64,000 nucleotides of DNA from an uncultured Gammaproteobacteria bacterium (lineage in GTDB: Bacteria > Pseudomonadota > Gammaproteobacteria > Arenicellales > Poriferihabitantaceae): assembly GCA_964403545.1 (NCBI GenBank), contig CAYOGN010000022.1, positions 15,495 through 79,494 on the forward strand, in the 5' to 3' direction. The notes beneath the pieces are model-generated. The model was not told the origin of the DNA and did not search any database. It was given only the letters and a program-made list of their open reading frames with translations. The number at the start of each line of letters is the position of its first letter. Positions within the stretch are counted from its first letter, which is position 1. The position numbers and the translations under genes were made by a program. Positions 48,755 through 57,998 of the stretch are shown here, piece by piece.

Positions 48755-49498
48755 ATGATTATCTATCCGGACATCGAATTGCACAATGGTAAGTGTGTCA
48801 ATCTACAACGGGGCGCAATCGAGGATCCCAGGGTATTTGATATTTTACCTGCTGATGCAGCCAAAGAATTTGAAGCAGGCGGTGCAGAATGGTTACACCT
48901 GATCGACCTCGATGGTGTTTTTGAAAGACAGGGTGACAACTCAAGAATTATTCAGGAAATTATTTCGAGGTCAAACATTCCGGTGCAGGTTGGGGGCGGT
49001 ATTCGTTCTTCCAGTGCAGTGGAATGGTGGATGAACAGTGGTGCAAGCCGGGTGGTGCTAGGGACTGCCGCTGTAGTGGATCAGCGATTGGTCGAAGAGT
49101 TATGTGTTCATTACCCGGATAAAATCGCCGTCAGTATTGATGCCCGGGACGGTAAAGTTGTTTCTCATGGCTGGAAAAATACCTCTGCATTTACTGCCCT
49201 GGAGTTGGCCAGACGATTCGAGCGATCCGGCGTCGCTGCAATTATCTATACGGATATCGATCGCTACAATGAACTTCCTGAAAGCAGTATGGCCAATACT
49301 ACCGAGATGGGGACCGAACTCAGCTGTCCTGTAATTTCCAGTGGAACGGTGCGTAATCTGGACGACATTTCTATCCTGGCAAACCTGCCAAATATTTCCG
49401 GTGCAGTAGTGGGTTGGGCTTTATTCAACAAAAAGGTTTCCATTGAAGACGCTGTGGCAGTAGCAAATCAAAGCCCGACCAAAGCAGAATTTATTTAG
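48755..49498 (+). CDS. HisA-family (ProFAR isomerase-like) TIM-barrel protein
   Basis: MIIYPDIEL.NGKCV, HLIDLDG, VQVGGGIRS, SIDARDG and SSGTVRNLDDI. It is not next to other his genes in this window. Confidence 0.7.
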   Translation: MIIYPDIELHNGKCVNLQRGAIEDPRVFDILPADAAKEFEAGGAEWLHLIDLDGVFERQGDNSRIIQEIISRSNIPVQVGGGIRSSSAVEWWMNSGASRVVLGTAAVVDQRLVEELCVHYPDKIAVSIDARDGKVVSHGWKNTSAFTALELARRFERSGVAAIIYTDIDRYNELPESSMANTTEMGTELSCPVISSGTVRNLDDISILANLPNISGAVVGWALFNKKVSIEDAVAVANQSPTKAEFI

Positions 49499-49545
49499 GA
49501 TGCTGCTTACGTGGTGCATTGCCCCGCATGGCGTTCCTTCGACAA

Positions 49546-50460
49546 TCAAACATTCAGTTCAACCGTATTCGCCCTGCGTCTGCCACCATCGTGACTGACA
49601 TAAAGTGCGGAGTATTCTGGCACTTCGAGCCAGGTTGAAGTTTCCACTGTGAGTGGCTCGGAGCTGATAATAATAGAATCACTGCTTTCACGCCCGCCAA
49701 TCATTTTCCATTCACCATCACGAAATGCGTACTCGCTGCCAAAGGTGAACCACAGACTCAGATAAGACAGATTGGCTTCATGGAACCTTTCCCCGTAGCA
49801 GCCAAAGTCAAAAGTAAACCGTGTAGCAATCAGATTTCTTCCGTCAGCGATAAACAGATTGGTGGAAGAGGAAGTACTGATACCGACGCGATCTCTGACC
49901 TTGCGAATAATTTCAAGGGATGCTGCCACTGCATTCACCATATCCAGTGGATCCTGGTATTTCCCGGGGTCATCAAATTGTGACAGAAACAACGCATACA
50001 TAAATTCACTGTCCGTGGAGCCAGAAATCTGGCGGGCAATTTCTGGTTTAATAAATTCCACCAGGTCATATCGCATTTCTCTGAAGCCAGCAAGATCGCC
50101 ATTGTGCGCCAGCACCATGGGGGTTCCCCGATAGGCAAATGGATGGAGATTTTGCATTCCGATCTCCGCCTCATGACTAAGGCTAACGCCACGAACATGG
50201 GCCAGTAAACAATGGGTTCTTACTTTTTTACTCAGAGAATGGAGGTTAGGGTCAAAAACCGGAATATCAGTGGTTTTGTAGGAAATGGGTGTTTGTGGAT
50301 GGATTGAATTTTTATCCCACGCCGAGAGACCGAATCCAGCCAGGTTCAACATGCCCAGCATCCGGGCATCATAGGACTGCTTGATCAACGAACTGTCCGG
50401 ACTGTACAGCAGATCACCAAGGGATATTGGTGAACCTAAATAACCCAGCACTCTGCACAT
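49546..50460 (-). CDS. Class II (Ntn) glutamine amidotransferase-like protein, EgtC/YafJ-like
   Basis: The protein starts MCRVLGYLG, with the Cys2 nucleophile. LAHVRG and AHNGD are present. 304 aa. Confidence 0.75.
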   Translation of the reverse strand: MCRVLGYLGSPISLGDLLYSPDSSLIKQSYDARMLGMLNLAGFGLSAWDKNSIHPQTPISYKTTDIPVFDPNLHSLSKKVRTHCLLAHVRGVSLSHEAEIGMQNLHPFAYRGTPMVLAHNGDLAGFREMRYDLVEFIKPEIARQISGSTDSEFMYALFLSQFDDPGKYQDPLDMVNAVAASLEIIRKVRDRVGISTSSSTNLFIADGRNLIATRFTFDFGCYGERFHEANLSYLSLWFTFGSEYAFRDGEWKMIGGRESSDSIIISSEPLTVETSTWLEVPEYSALYVSHDGGRRRANTVELNV

Positions 50461-50484
50461 TTAATCGTTCCTGATAGTTCTGTT

Positions 50485-51465
50485 TTAGTGCATGAACCGC
50501 TCAAACGAAGCCATTCTGGATGCAATATTATTAATTTTACGTAGTTGGCTGACCGACTGCGTACCAAGATTAGCCAGCAACTTGAACATCGCAGGCGTTT
50601 GTTGTTGTGACAATTCGCGGAAATGCTTTGCGGGTAAAAAAATCAATTCTGATCGTTCTCGTGTGGTCAGATCAGCAATCCGGGCCTTGTCTTCTAATAC
50701 TTCAGGATAACCGGCCATTTGACCGGGGCCATAAATATTAAATTGAATACTTTTCTGCGCCGATGAAAACCCCGATTTTAGTGCGCCGCGCAACACGATA
50801 TACACTCCATTCGCTGCTTCCCCCCTGGTAAATAATATTACGCCGGATGGTACTTTTAGTCGCTCGTGATGGTTAATAAAAGTAGTAATTTCCGAGTCAG
50901 TAAAATCGATGAAGGTGGGAAATTGACGTAATACGGAATGATTGCATGGCCACCCATCGGAGGTCAGATAATCCTGTGCCAGTGGGACTTTTGTGGCCGC
51001 GCCGGATTCTGCAGAATGAATCCCGATAATTTCTTCTATCAACTCCCGGCTATGGTTGCATATACTTCTGGTCAATCTGTATGTGATGGCGATGCCGGCA
51101 GGGCGCAGGTCGGACTTCAACATGTCAAATCGTTGACGACTGATAAAGTATCCGGTTATGTCTTCCACCACTCTGGCTGAGGCGGAGCGAACCCCGTCGT
51201 CCATCAATGCCATTTCTCCTACCACGTCGGTTGCAGAGGCTTCTGCAACCTGTAGTATTTCGTCGCCTGGTGTTCGCACCTCAATGGAGACTTTCCCCTC
51301 CTGAATAAGGTACATGCCATCACTTTGCTGGCCTTGCTCAAACAGAAAATCACCAGCGTGAGCGTGCATTGACCTGGTGACCAGACTGACATCACCCAGC
51401 ACCGAATGATCCAGGTCTTTGAACATGGGTACATCGAACAGAAACTCACCGAAAGACCTGGTCAT
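50485..51465 (-). CDS. Tandem cyclic-nucleotide-binding-domain protein with no output domain
   Basis: The first domain has the canonical GEMALMDDGVRSASARV phosphate-binding cassette, and a second CAP-like domain is degenerate. ATG 51465 overlaps the upstream stop (TGATG). Confidence 0.75.
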   Translation of the reverse strand: MTRSFGEFLFDVPMFKDLDHSVLGDVSLVTRSMHAHAGDFLFEQGQQSDGMYLIQEGKVSIEVRTPGDEILQVAEASATDVVGEMALMDDGVRSASARVVEDITGYFISRQRFDMLKSDLRPAGIAITYRLTRSICNHSRELIEEIIGIHSAESGAATKVPLAQDYLTSDGWPCNHSVLRQFPTFIDFTDSEITTFINHHERLKVPSGVILFTRGEAANGVYIVLRGALKSGFSSAQKSIQFNIYGPGQMAGYPEVLEDKARIADLTTRERSELIFLPAKHFRELSQQQTPAMFKLLANLGTQSVSQLRKINNIASRMASFERFMH

Positions 51466-51929
51466 CAACTTTTATAAAACAATCGTTTATCAATGGTCAT
51501 GGTTTGTTTATTGATCCAGTAGCGAGTGGTTCTGCCAAAAGTACCATGTGTGGTGCCGGTAACTTTCCCTTCTTCAACTGCAGGTAAAAGTAGCGCCTGA
51601 AACAGAACAATATACTGGTGATCATTTTCGGTGAATCCGAATTTGTAGTGGCGGTAGTTTCGCTGTTCCGGGTCCAGGTCATCAATGCTATCGAAATCAC
51701 CCGCCGCAATCTTCCATGCTTTTATAAAGTTCCCCGGGACCATGCGGTTATGTGAATCGAGGCTCAGAAAGTCGTCTTCCGGTTGGTTCAGGCAAATATA
51801 GCCATGATCGAGTCCGCAGCCATCCTGCTCCATTGCGTAGGCCAGGCCATCTTTAATTGGGTCATTTGCCTGGCTGGCGCTCACGATCATCAATATTCCA
51901 TATAACAGTGTCAGTGGACGGATTGTCAT
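51465..51929 (-). CDS. Small secreted protein, hypothetical
   Basis: 154 aa with signal peptide MTIRPLTLLYGILMIVSASQA. The ATGA overlap with the upstream gene argues that it is translated. Confidence 0.5.
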   Translation of the reverse strand: MTIRPLTLLYGILMIVSASQANDPIKDGLAYAMEQDGCGLDHGYICLNQPEDDFLSLDSHNRMVPGNFIKAWKIAAGDFDSIDDLDPEQRNYRHYKFGFTENDHQYIVLFQALLLPAVEEGKVTGTTHGTFGRTTRYWINKQTMTIDKRLFYKS

Positions 51930-53287
51930 AGTCCGGTAGCGATAGTACCCGGACCACCCAGGGTGACGACTCGCCGCGCAGTTTCATTGAAAAATTTAAA
52001 CTGCCCCATGGGTGTTGCGAGGTATCCATCGAGGCTGAACAGGATGTCCGAGAGGATATCCTGGGGTGAGAAGTTTTCATTGTCAAATGCGGGGTCAAAT
52101 GCGGCATGGGTATGATAACTTGCCGTGGTGACGGCACCTGCGGGGGCAACACTGGCAGGCGCAGGTAATGAGACACTTGCGGCTTCTCCTCTTATCGGCG
52201 TGGTAGCGGAATAGGTACCATCGGCATTGCGGTAAATATAACCGCCGTATTCACGATTCTGTGCCACTGAAGTGGGATTAATGCTATTCAGTACTGTTTT
52301 GGCAGATTCGTGCTGAAACTCCAGCCTCGACTGGCCATCGGCGCTACTGCTGCCCGAACTTAGTGCCAGGCCAACACCGACAACGCCCGCACCAATCAGC
52401 ACGGGGCTGACCTTTTTCTTCTCGGGTTGCTCCTCGGCACCCTCAGTATTCTCGGTTTCAGCAGCGTGGAATGCGGATGTCGCACCACCAAATCGAAATC
52501 CGAGACTGAAGGTGAGCCGGTTATCGTTGGCTCCTTCGTACAATGGATTACGTCGCCGCTCAAGGTTGATGGCGAATTCCTTGCCGTTGCGGTTACGGGC
52601 GGTATACCCAAGTCCCACATAAGTGGATTTATTCTCAGCACTGAATCCCTGTAGAGATAGCCGGTGATGGCCTCGTTGGGCTCCGATAGACAACACCCTG
52701 CCAGCCAACTGTCCACCCACGTCCACCTGCGACAGCGACAGTTGCAATGCGCGGCCACTCCAGCCAAGATCATAAACCGACCGATCCTCAAGACCCGGTG
52801 CCTTGATCATGGCATGGGTTAAACCAATGCTACTCTGGTTACGCAATCGATAGCCAAAACGATATCCGGAATAGTCAAAGTGTTGTCTCAGCCCGCCGTG
52901 AAACTGAAAACTTCCTACCGCTGCATAGGGATTAAATATCGTGCTGACCGTGTCACCATTACCGGAGAATCCGTAGATGCTTGTACTGCCAAAAGTAACG
53001 CCTAACTGATTTAATTGTTCCCGGTCTGACTGTGCCACTCCCCAGTGCAGCATCTGGTTTCCTATCTGCTGATGCATCGACAAAGTACTGCGTTCTGGCT
53101 CACGACCGGGTTCAGAAAACCGGGTAAACCAGTCGCGAGCGTCATCAGATTTAAACTGAAGCCACAAGCCCCCCTGCCGCGCCTGCTGGGACAGATTCAG
53201 GTAGTGCAATTCTCCCGCCGCCCGGGCAGGCCCGTTAAGCACGGAAACCAGGCCCATCAGGATCCCCAGAATTACCCTGTAGTTCAT
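51926..53287 (-). CDS. Signal-peptide protein: N-terminal beta-barrel-like domain, Gly/Ala-rich hydrophobic linker, C-terminal DUF4329-like domain
   Basis: Signal peptide ending ARAAG. About 250 aa of alternating-hydrophobic strands end in LTFSLGFRF. A linker (EEQPEKKKVSPVLIGAGVVGVGLALSSG) follows, then EYGGYIYRNADGTYS ... SYHTHAAF ... NFSPQD. Confidence 0.55.
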   Translation of the reverse strand: MNYRVILGILMGLVSVLNGPARAAGELHYLNLSQQARQGGLWLQFKSDDARDWFTRFSEPGREPERSTLSMHQQIGNQMLHWGVAQSDREQLNQLGVTFGSTSIYGFSGNGDTVSTIFNPYAAVGSFQFHGGLRQHFDYSGYRFGYRLRNQSSIGLTHAMIKAPGLEDRSVYDLGWSGRALQLSLSQVDVGGQLAGRVLSIGAQRGHHRLSLQGFSAENKSTYVGLGYTARNRNGKEFAINLERRRNPLYEGANDNRLTFSLGFRFGGATSAFHAAETENTEGAEEQPEKKKVSPVLIGAGVVGVGLALSSGSSSADGQSRLEFQHESAKTVLNSINPTSVAQNREYGGYIYRNADGTYSATTPIRGEAASVSLPAPASVAPAGAVTTASYHTHAAFDPAFDNENFSPQDILSDILFSLDGYLATPMGQFKFFNETARRVVTLGGPGTIATGL

Positions 53288-53400
53288 ATTATTTCCTCGG
53301 TTAAAGCGAATCCGGTTTCAGATATTAACACTCATCGTTATACAATCAGAATTATACAGTCAGACCATATCGTTTCATCTTCGGGTTTCAACTCCTGGCT

Positions 53401-56400
53401 CTATTGAATTAACTGCGCAGATTCAGGACTAACAAATCCCACTGCGTTTTCATACGCCAGCAGTAGTGCCGGCACCAGAAATAATACCATCAGAGTGGCA
53501 AACCCGAGACCAAATGCCAGACTTGTCGCCATCGGGATTAAAAATTGTGCTTGCAAGGATGTTTCAAATAGCAGCGGTGTAAGGCCGGCAATGGTGGTTA
53601 ATGAGGTCAGTAACACCGCACGCAATCGTTGACAGGCAGCTTCAACGACGGCTTCCCGGGCTGACTTGCCACGTTTTCGTAAGTCCTTATAGAACACCAC
53701 CAGTATGATTGAGTCGTTAACCACAATGCCTGAGAGCCCAAAAAAACCAAACAGGGAAAGAATGGTCAGATCCTGCTCCATCAGCACGTGTCCCCAGACC
53801 GCCCCGACGAGGCCAAACGGGATGATGAACATCACGATTAATGGCCAGCCATAGGATCCGAATACCCATGACAGTACCAGATATATCATACTGAGAGCGA
53901 GAAGCAGGCCCACCAGCATGTCGCCCAGGGTTTCTCGTTGATCTGCCTGGCGACCCTCAAAACTGAATTGTACGCCAAGCTGATCGGTTAGCTCAGGTAG
54001 TACTGTCCGCTCCAGCTCAGCACGAATCTCGTTGCTGTTATTGACCACGGGATCTACGCTCCCGGTCACAGTGACGGTAAGCTTTCCGCCAGAATGCCGA
54101 ATGGTTTCGAAACCTCGATCCAGGTGAACGGTAGCAAGATTATCTATCGGCTCAGTATTGCCATTGGGTAACACGATATCCAGATTGGAAAAGTTTGCGA
54201 CAAAATTTCGCTCCTCCTCTGGCAGAGACAGGCGGACATCGATATCATCGTATCCGTCGGATAGCTCCTGCACCGTATAGCCATCATAGGCAGCGCGTAA
54301 CTGTCGTGATATGCTGTCAATGCTCAAGCCAAGCGCCTCTGCGGTGGGGGTGAGTTGCAATACCATTTGCTCACGGCCGAATGGAGTATCGTCACTGATT
54401 CCGGATATTCCGGGAATCTGGAGCAGTACCTGCTTCAATTCTTCGGCAGCCTGCTTGACCTGGTGGATGTTTTCACCGACGATCCTGATGTCGATATCAC
54501 TGCCGGGCGGTCCCGCCCTCGGTTCGATGATAGTCAATCTTTCGCGGCCAGGTATCGCCGGCAGTTTTTCACGCCAGGCACGAATGATTTCACGATTACG
54601 AATGCTACGCTGATCCGGATCCATCAGTTCCACCCGAACCCCTCCTACGTGATCGCCGTTGCCACCGCTGCCGCCCTCCACTGTCCCATGACGACTGACG
54701 ATCAGGTTAACAAACGAACCACCCAGATCATCTTCAACTTCGTGCAGGGCAGTTTCTACCTGTTTGAGGTATTCTTTCACCGTATGTGCGGGAGTTCCCG
54801 AGACGAATCCAACGTTGGCATAAATACGATCAGCCTCTGCAGTGGGGAAAAACTGGAAGCCGATGCGACCGGAAGAAAACCACCCAGCGGTGGCGAGCAT
54901 AAGCGCAATGGCGATGGTCACGGTTGTCCAGCGAAATTCTACCGCTGCTATTACCATGGGCTTGAAAGCCCGGTCGCGAAACTGGTCAAACTTACGATCC
55001 AGATAGTTACGTAGCGGGCTGGTTGATCGTTTACGCAGTTTACGAAATGAATGGGTCAGATGACCCGGCATGATGAGGAAACATTCCACCAGGGAAGCAA
55101 CAATGACACAGATCACCACAATGGGAATTGCCCGCAGGATCGAGCCCATAATGCCACCAATCAGTAGTAACGGAAAAAATGATGCAATGGTGGTCAGGGA
55201 GGATGCAAACACCGGGCCCATCATACGATGAGCGGCGTGTTGTGCTGCGTTATGCGGGTCATGATCACTTGCGTACTGGGACATCGCTTCTTCTCCTACT
55301 ACGATGGCATCGTCAACGATAATCCCGAGGGCCATGATGAGCCCGAACAGGCTAACCATATTGATTGAACCGCCAATCAGATACAGTATCGCGAGTGCTG
55401 CCATAAATGAAACCGGAATTCCAACAGCAACCCAAAACGCAATCCTTCCCTGGAGAAACAGAAACAGAATCAACAGTACCAGTACCAGCCCGCCAACCCC
55501 GTTTTTGACCAGCAGGTTGATACGTCCCTGTAGCAGTTCCCAGCGCTCGTCAAATGGAACCAGTTCTACCCCCGGGGGTAGTTTTGGTCTGGCCTCTTCC
55601 AGCCAGCGATGTAAAATTTTCGCGGCTTTGAGGCTGTCACTGTTTTCATTGCGGTTAAGGGATAGCTCCACCGCTGGTTTGCCGCGATAGGTAATCGACA
55701 CCTGACTTTCCATTGGTTTGCGTTCAATTCTGGCAATATCTCCGAGTGCAACCCGATTGCCCTGTTCTCCGACGACGATAGGGATGCTCTCAAAAGCGAG
55801 TTCGTGCTCACGGCGCTCGCGAAATCGCAGCTGTTTGGAAATTTCCCCACGCCCGATAATACCTACCGGAACATCTCTCGACCACGCTCCGACCCGGCGG
55901 CCAATATCGTCCAACGACAGACCGAGTTCACGTAACCTGGCAGATGGCACCTCTATCGCAATTTGTTCCTCAGGGAGGCCATTAATAAAAATCTTGGCAA
56001 TTCCGCGCGCTAGCAATTCCTGTTCAAAGCGATGTACCAGCGATCGTAACTCCTGGATATCCTGGCCCCCGGTGACCAACAGTCGGGCGATGCTCTCATA
56101 GCGCACAATATTACTTACCACTGGCGCCTCAGCACCATCCGGGAGGTTGTGTACCTGGTCGACCCGTTGTTTAACCTGATCCACTGCCAGTCCCATGTCG
56201 GTACCTTCTTCAAATTCCAGAGATACCGAAGAAACACCCTCCGCCGAAGTTGATGTCAGTTGCTTGACGAAATCCACATCGCGAAGTGATTGCTCCAGGG
56301 TGGTGGTGATCAACTCTTCCACATCTTCTGCGCTGGCTCCACTCCAGATGACACGGACGCTGGCGTAGTCAATAGCAAAAGTGGGAAAGAACTGGGTGTT

Positions 56401-56538
56401 GAGCTGGCGAATGCCCCACGCACCAGCCAATAGCATCATGACCATCAAAAGATTGGCCGCCACCGGATGATTACTGAAGAGACCAATGACTCCGACCCGA
56501 GCGGAAATGGCTGGCAATGAAGCAGGATCAGATTTCAC
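53401..56538 (-). CDS. RND efflux transporter permease (AcrB/HAE family)
   Basis: 1045 aa with 12-TM RND topology and two large periplasmic loops. N-terminal NHPVAANLLMVMMLLAG. Confidence 0.9.
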   Translation of the reverse strand: MKSDPASLPAISARVGVIGLFSNHPVAANLLMVMMLLAGAWGIRQLNTQFFPTFAIDYASVRVIWSGASAEDVEELITTTLEQSLRDVDFVKQLTSTSAEGVSSVSLEFEEGTDMGLAVDQVKQRVDQVHNLPDGAEAPVVSNIVRYESIARLLVTGGQDIQELRSLVHRFEQELLARGIAKIFINGLPEEQIAIEVPSARLRELGLSLDDIGRRVGAWSRDVPVGIIGRGEISKQLRFRERREHELAFESIPIVVGEQGNRVALGDIARIERKPMESQVSITYRGKPAVELSLNRNENSDSLKAAKILHRWLEEARPKLPPGVELVPFDERWELLQGRINLLVKNGVGGLVLVLLILFLFLQGRIAFWVAVGIPVSFMAALAILYLIGGSINMVSLFGLIMALGIIVDDAIVVGEEAMSQYASDHDPHNAAQHAAHRMMGPVFASSLTTIASFFPLLLIGGIMGSILRAIPIVVICVIVASLVECFLIMPGHLTHSFRKLRKRSTSPLRNYLDRKFDQFRDRAFKPMVIAAVEFRWTTVTIAIALMLATAGWFSSGRIGFQFFPTAEADRIYANVGFVSGTPAHTVKEYLKQVETALHEVEDDLGGSFVNLIVSRHGTVEGGSGGNGDHVGGVRVELMDPDQRSIRNREIIRAWREKLPAIPGRERLTIIEPRAGPPGSDIDIRIVGENIHQVKQAAEELKQVLLQIPGISGISDDTPFGREQMVLQLTPTAEALGLSIDSISRQLRAAYDGYTVQELSDGYDDIDVRLSLPEEERNFVANFSNLDIVLPNGNTEPIDNLATVHLDRGFETIRHSGGKLTVTVTGSVDPVVNNSNEIRAELERTVLPELTDQLGVQFSFEGRQADQRETLGDMLVGLLLALSMIYLVLSWVFGSYGWPLIVMFIIPFGLVGAVWGHVLMEQDLTILSLFGFFGLSGIVVNDSIILVVFYKDLRKRGKSAREAVVEAACQRLRAVLLTSLTTIAGLTPLLFETSLQAQFLIPMATSLAFGLGFATLMVLFLVPALLLAYENAVGFVSPESAQLIQ

Positions 56539-56621
56539 GTCGTCATCTGCCAGCAGAAGTTGAGGAGATCAAATTCCACTCCAGTATCAAGGTTAATTTT
56601 TCTCCGCTGAAGGTGCCCATC

Positions 56622-57854
56622 TCACTCTCGGGTATCAACTTTGAGGCCATCAATGGCCTGGGGCAAGCGGGAATTCATCACCCGGTCTCCCGTGCTGAAA
56701 GGTGAGCCATCCACAATTATTTGCTGATATCCATTGTCATCAATGCGTTGACCGAGGCGGGACACGGTCAGTGCTCGAAGGACGCCTTCTTCGATTCGAT
56801 AAACCCGATCAGAGCCATACAGCGAATCCGGTGACAAAGCCACAGCCTGGTCAATGGCCGGTAATTCCATATTGATCTGTACCGTTTTCCCAAGTACCGG
56901 CAAGGCTCCTTCTACGGTTCGAAAAAAAGCATCTACCCCACCCTGGCCCTGGGCTATACTTGCCGACAGTCGATCCAGTTTCAGTTTCACTGAGCGCCCC
57001 GATTCTACCAGGGTAGCGTGCAGGATCTTCCGGTTGTCGATCACATCCTGCAATCGCGGGACGTAACGACCTGGCACCTGGGCCCGAACTTCGAGCTGGC
57101 TGTCATCATACAACTGCACAAGGGGGTTGCCGGGGTTGATGCGATCTCCACGGGATACCATCACCTTGATCACACGGCCAGTATAGGGTGCATTGACCTC
57201 TGTTCGCCCCTGGTCGCGAAGGGACCGGCTGAGGGCGGCGCGGGCCTTTTCCAGGCGCGCCTGAAATTGCTTCTGGCGGGAACTGAAATCATCAATGGAT
57301 TGTTGTCGTTGTGTGATTGCAAGCAGTTGTTGTTGTTCCTGCTGGAGTGCGGTATCCAGCGCCGCTTCGGTGCCCGCGTTGGAACGGACCATGGTTGCTG
57401 CTCGTACTACTGCTTTTTTGATCAGGGAAAGTAAGGCCTTTTCTCGTTCCAGCGATGACTTGTCAGAGGCGTGTCGATTGTGATCACTTTCGATCTGGGC
57501 TTCAATTTCAGCAATTTCTGCCTTACGTTGGAGGATATCGAGGGCTGTGTCAGCGTCATCCAGTCGTACCAGCGGATCGCCCTGATTGACGGCGCTGCCT
57601 TCGAGCACGTACACCTCGAGAACATCCGCCGAAATTCCGGCGCTCAATACACTATTATTGGGGGCCTCAATCTGGCCGAACAGGGTCAGGCCGGGAAAGA
57701 TGCGTTGTTTGTCGATTACCTGCACACCGACTACCGGTACCCGGACAGCCTGTCCACGGGGCTCAGGTTTACCGCGACTGGATTTAAAATATTGATAGGT
57801 TCCGATACCCATGGCGAGTATCAATATCGGCAGGAGGAATTTAGCAATCCGCAT
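56622..57854 (-). CDS. RND periplasmic adaptor (membrane fusion protein)
   Basis: N-terminal anchor, lipoyl/barrel segments and a long coiled-coil hairpin. It lies upstream of the RND permease. Confidence 0.85.
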   Translation of the reverse strand: MRIAKFLLPILILAMGIGTYQYFKSSRGKPEPRGQAVRVPVVGVQVIDKQRIFPGLTLFGQIEAPNNSVLSAGISADVLEVYVLEGSAVNQGDPLVRLDDADTALDILQRKAEIAEIEAQIESDHNRHASDKSSLEREKALLSLIKKAVVRAATMVRSNAGTEAALDTALQQEQQQLLAITQRQQSIDDFSSRQKQFQARLEKARAALSRSLRDQGRTEVNAPYTGRVIKVMVSRGDRINPGNPLVQLYDDSQLEVRAQVPGRYVPRLQDVIDNRKILHATLVESGRSVKLKLDRLSASIAQGQGGVDAFFRTVEGALPVLGKTVQINMELPAIDQAVALSPDSLYGSDRVYRIEEGVLRALTVSRLGQRIDDNGYQQIIVDGSPFSTGDRVMNSRLPQAIDGLKVDTRE

Positions 57855-57874
57855 CGTTAAATCATGTGATTTTT

Positions 57875-57910
57875 GTTGTAAAACATTTCATTGCATTATA
57901 ATGTTTTACA
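57875..57910. promoter_or_regulatory. Perfect 12-bp inverted repeat TTGTAAAACATT-N12-AATGTTTTACAA, candidate operator
   Basis: Read directly from the sequence. It lies 21-56 bp upstream of the adaptor gene start. The spacer contains the palindromic ATTATAAT, which is -10-like on both strands. Confidence 0.45.
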
Positions 57911-57998
57911 ACTCTGAAACTGATTACGTTCCGGGTTTATTATTATCGAGCGTTATTTCGACCGCAAAAGCAGGCAACTTATTCAAGCATATTATACC

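Noticed and set aside
54355-55014. 219-aa plus-strand ORF, plus several other plus-strand ORFs between 54311 and 56101.
   Set aside because: They are antisense to the RND permease.
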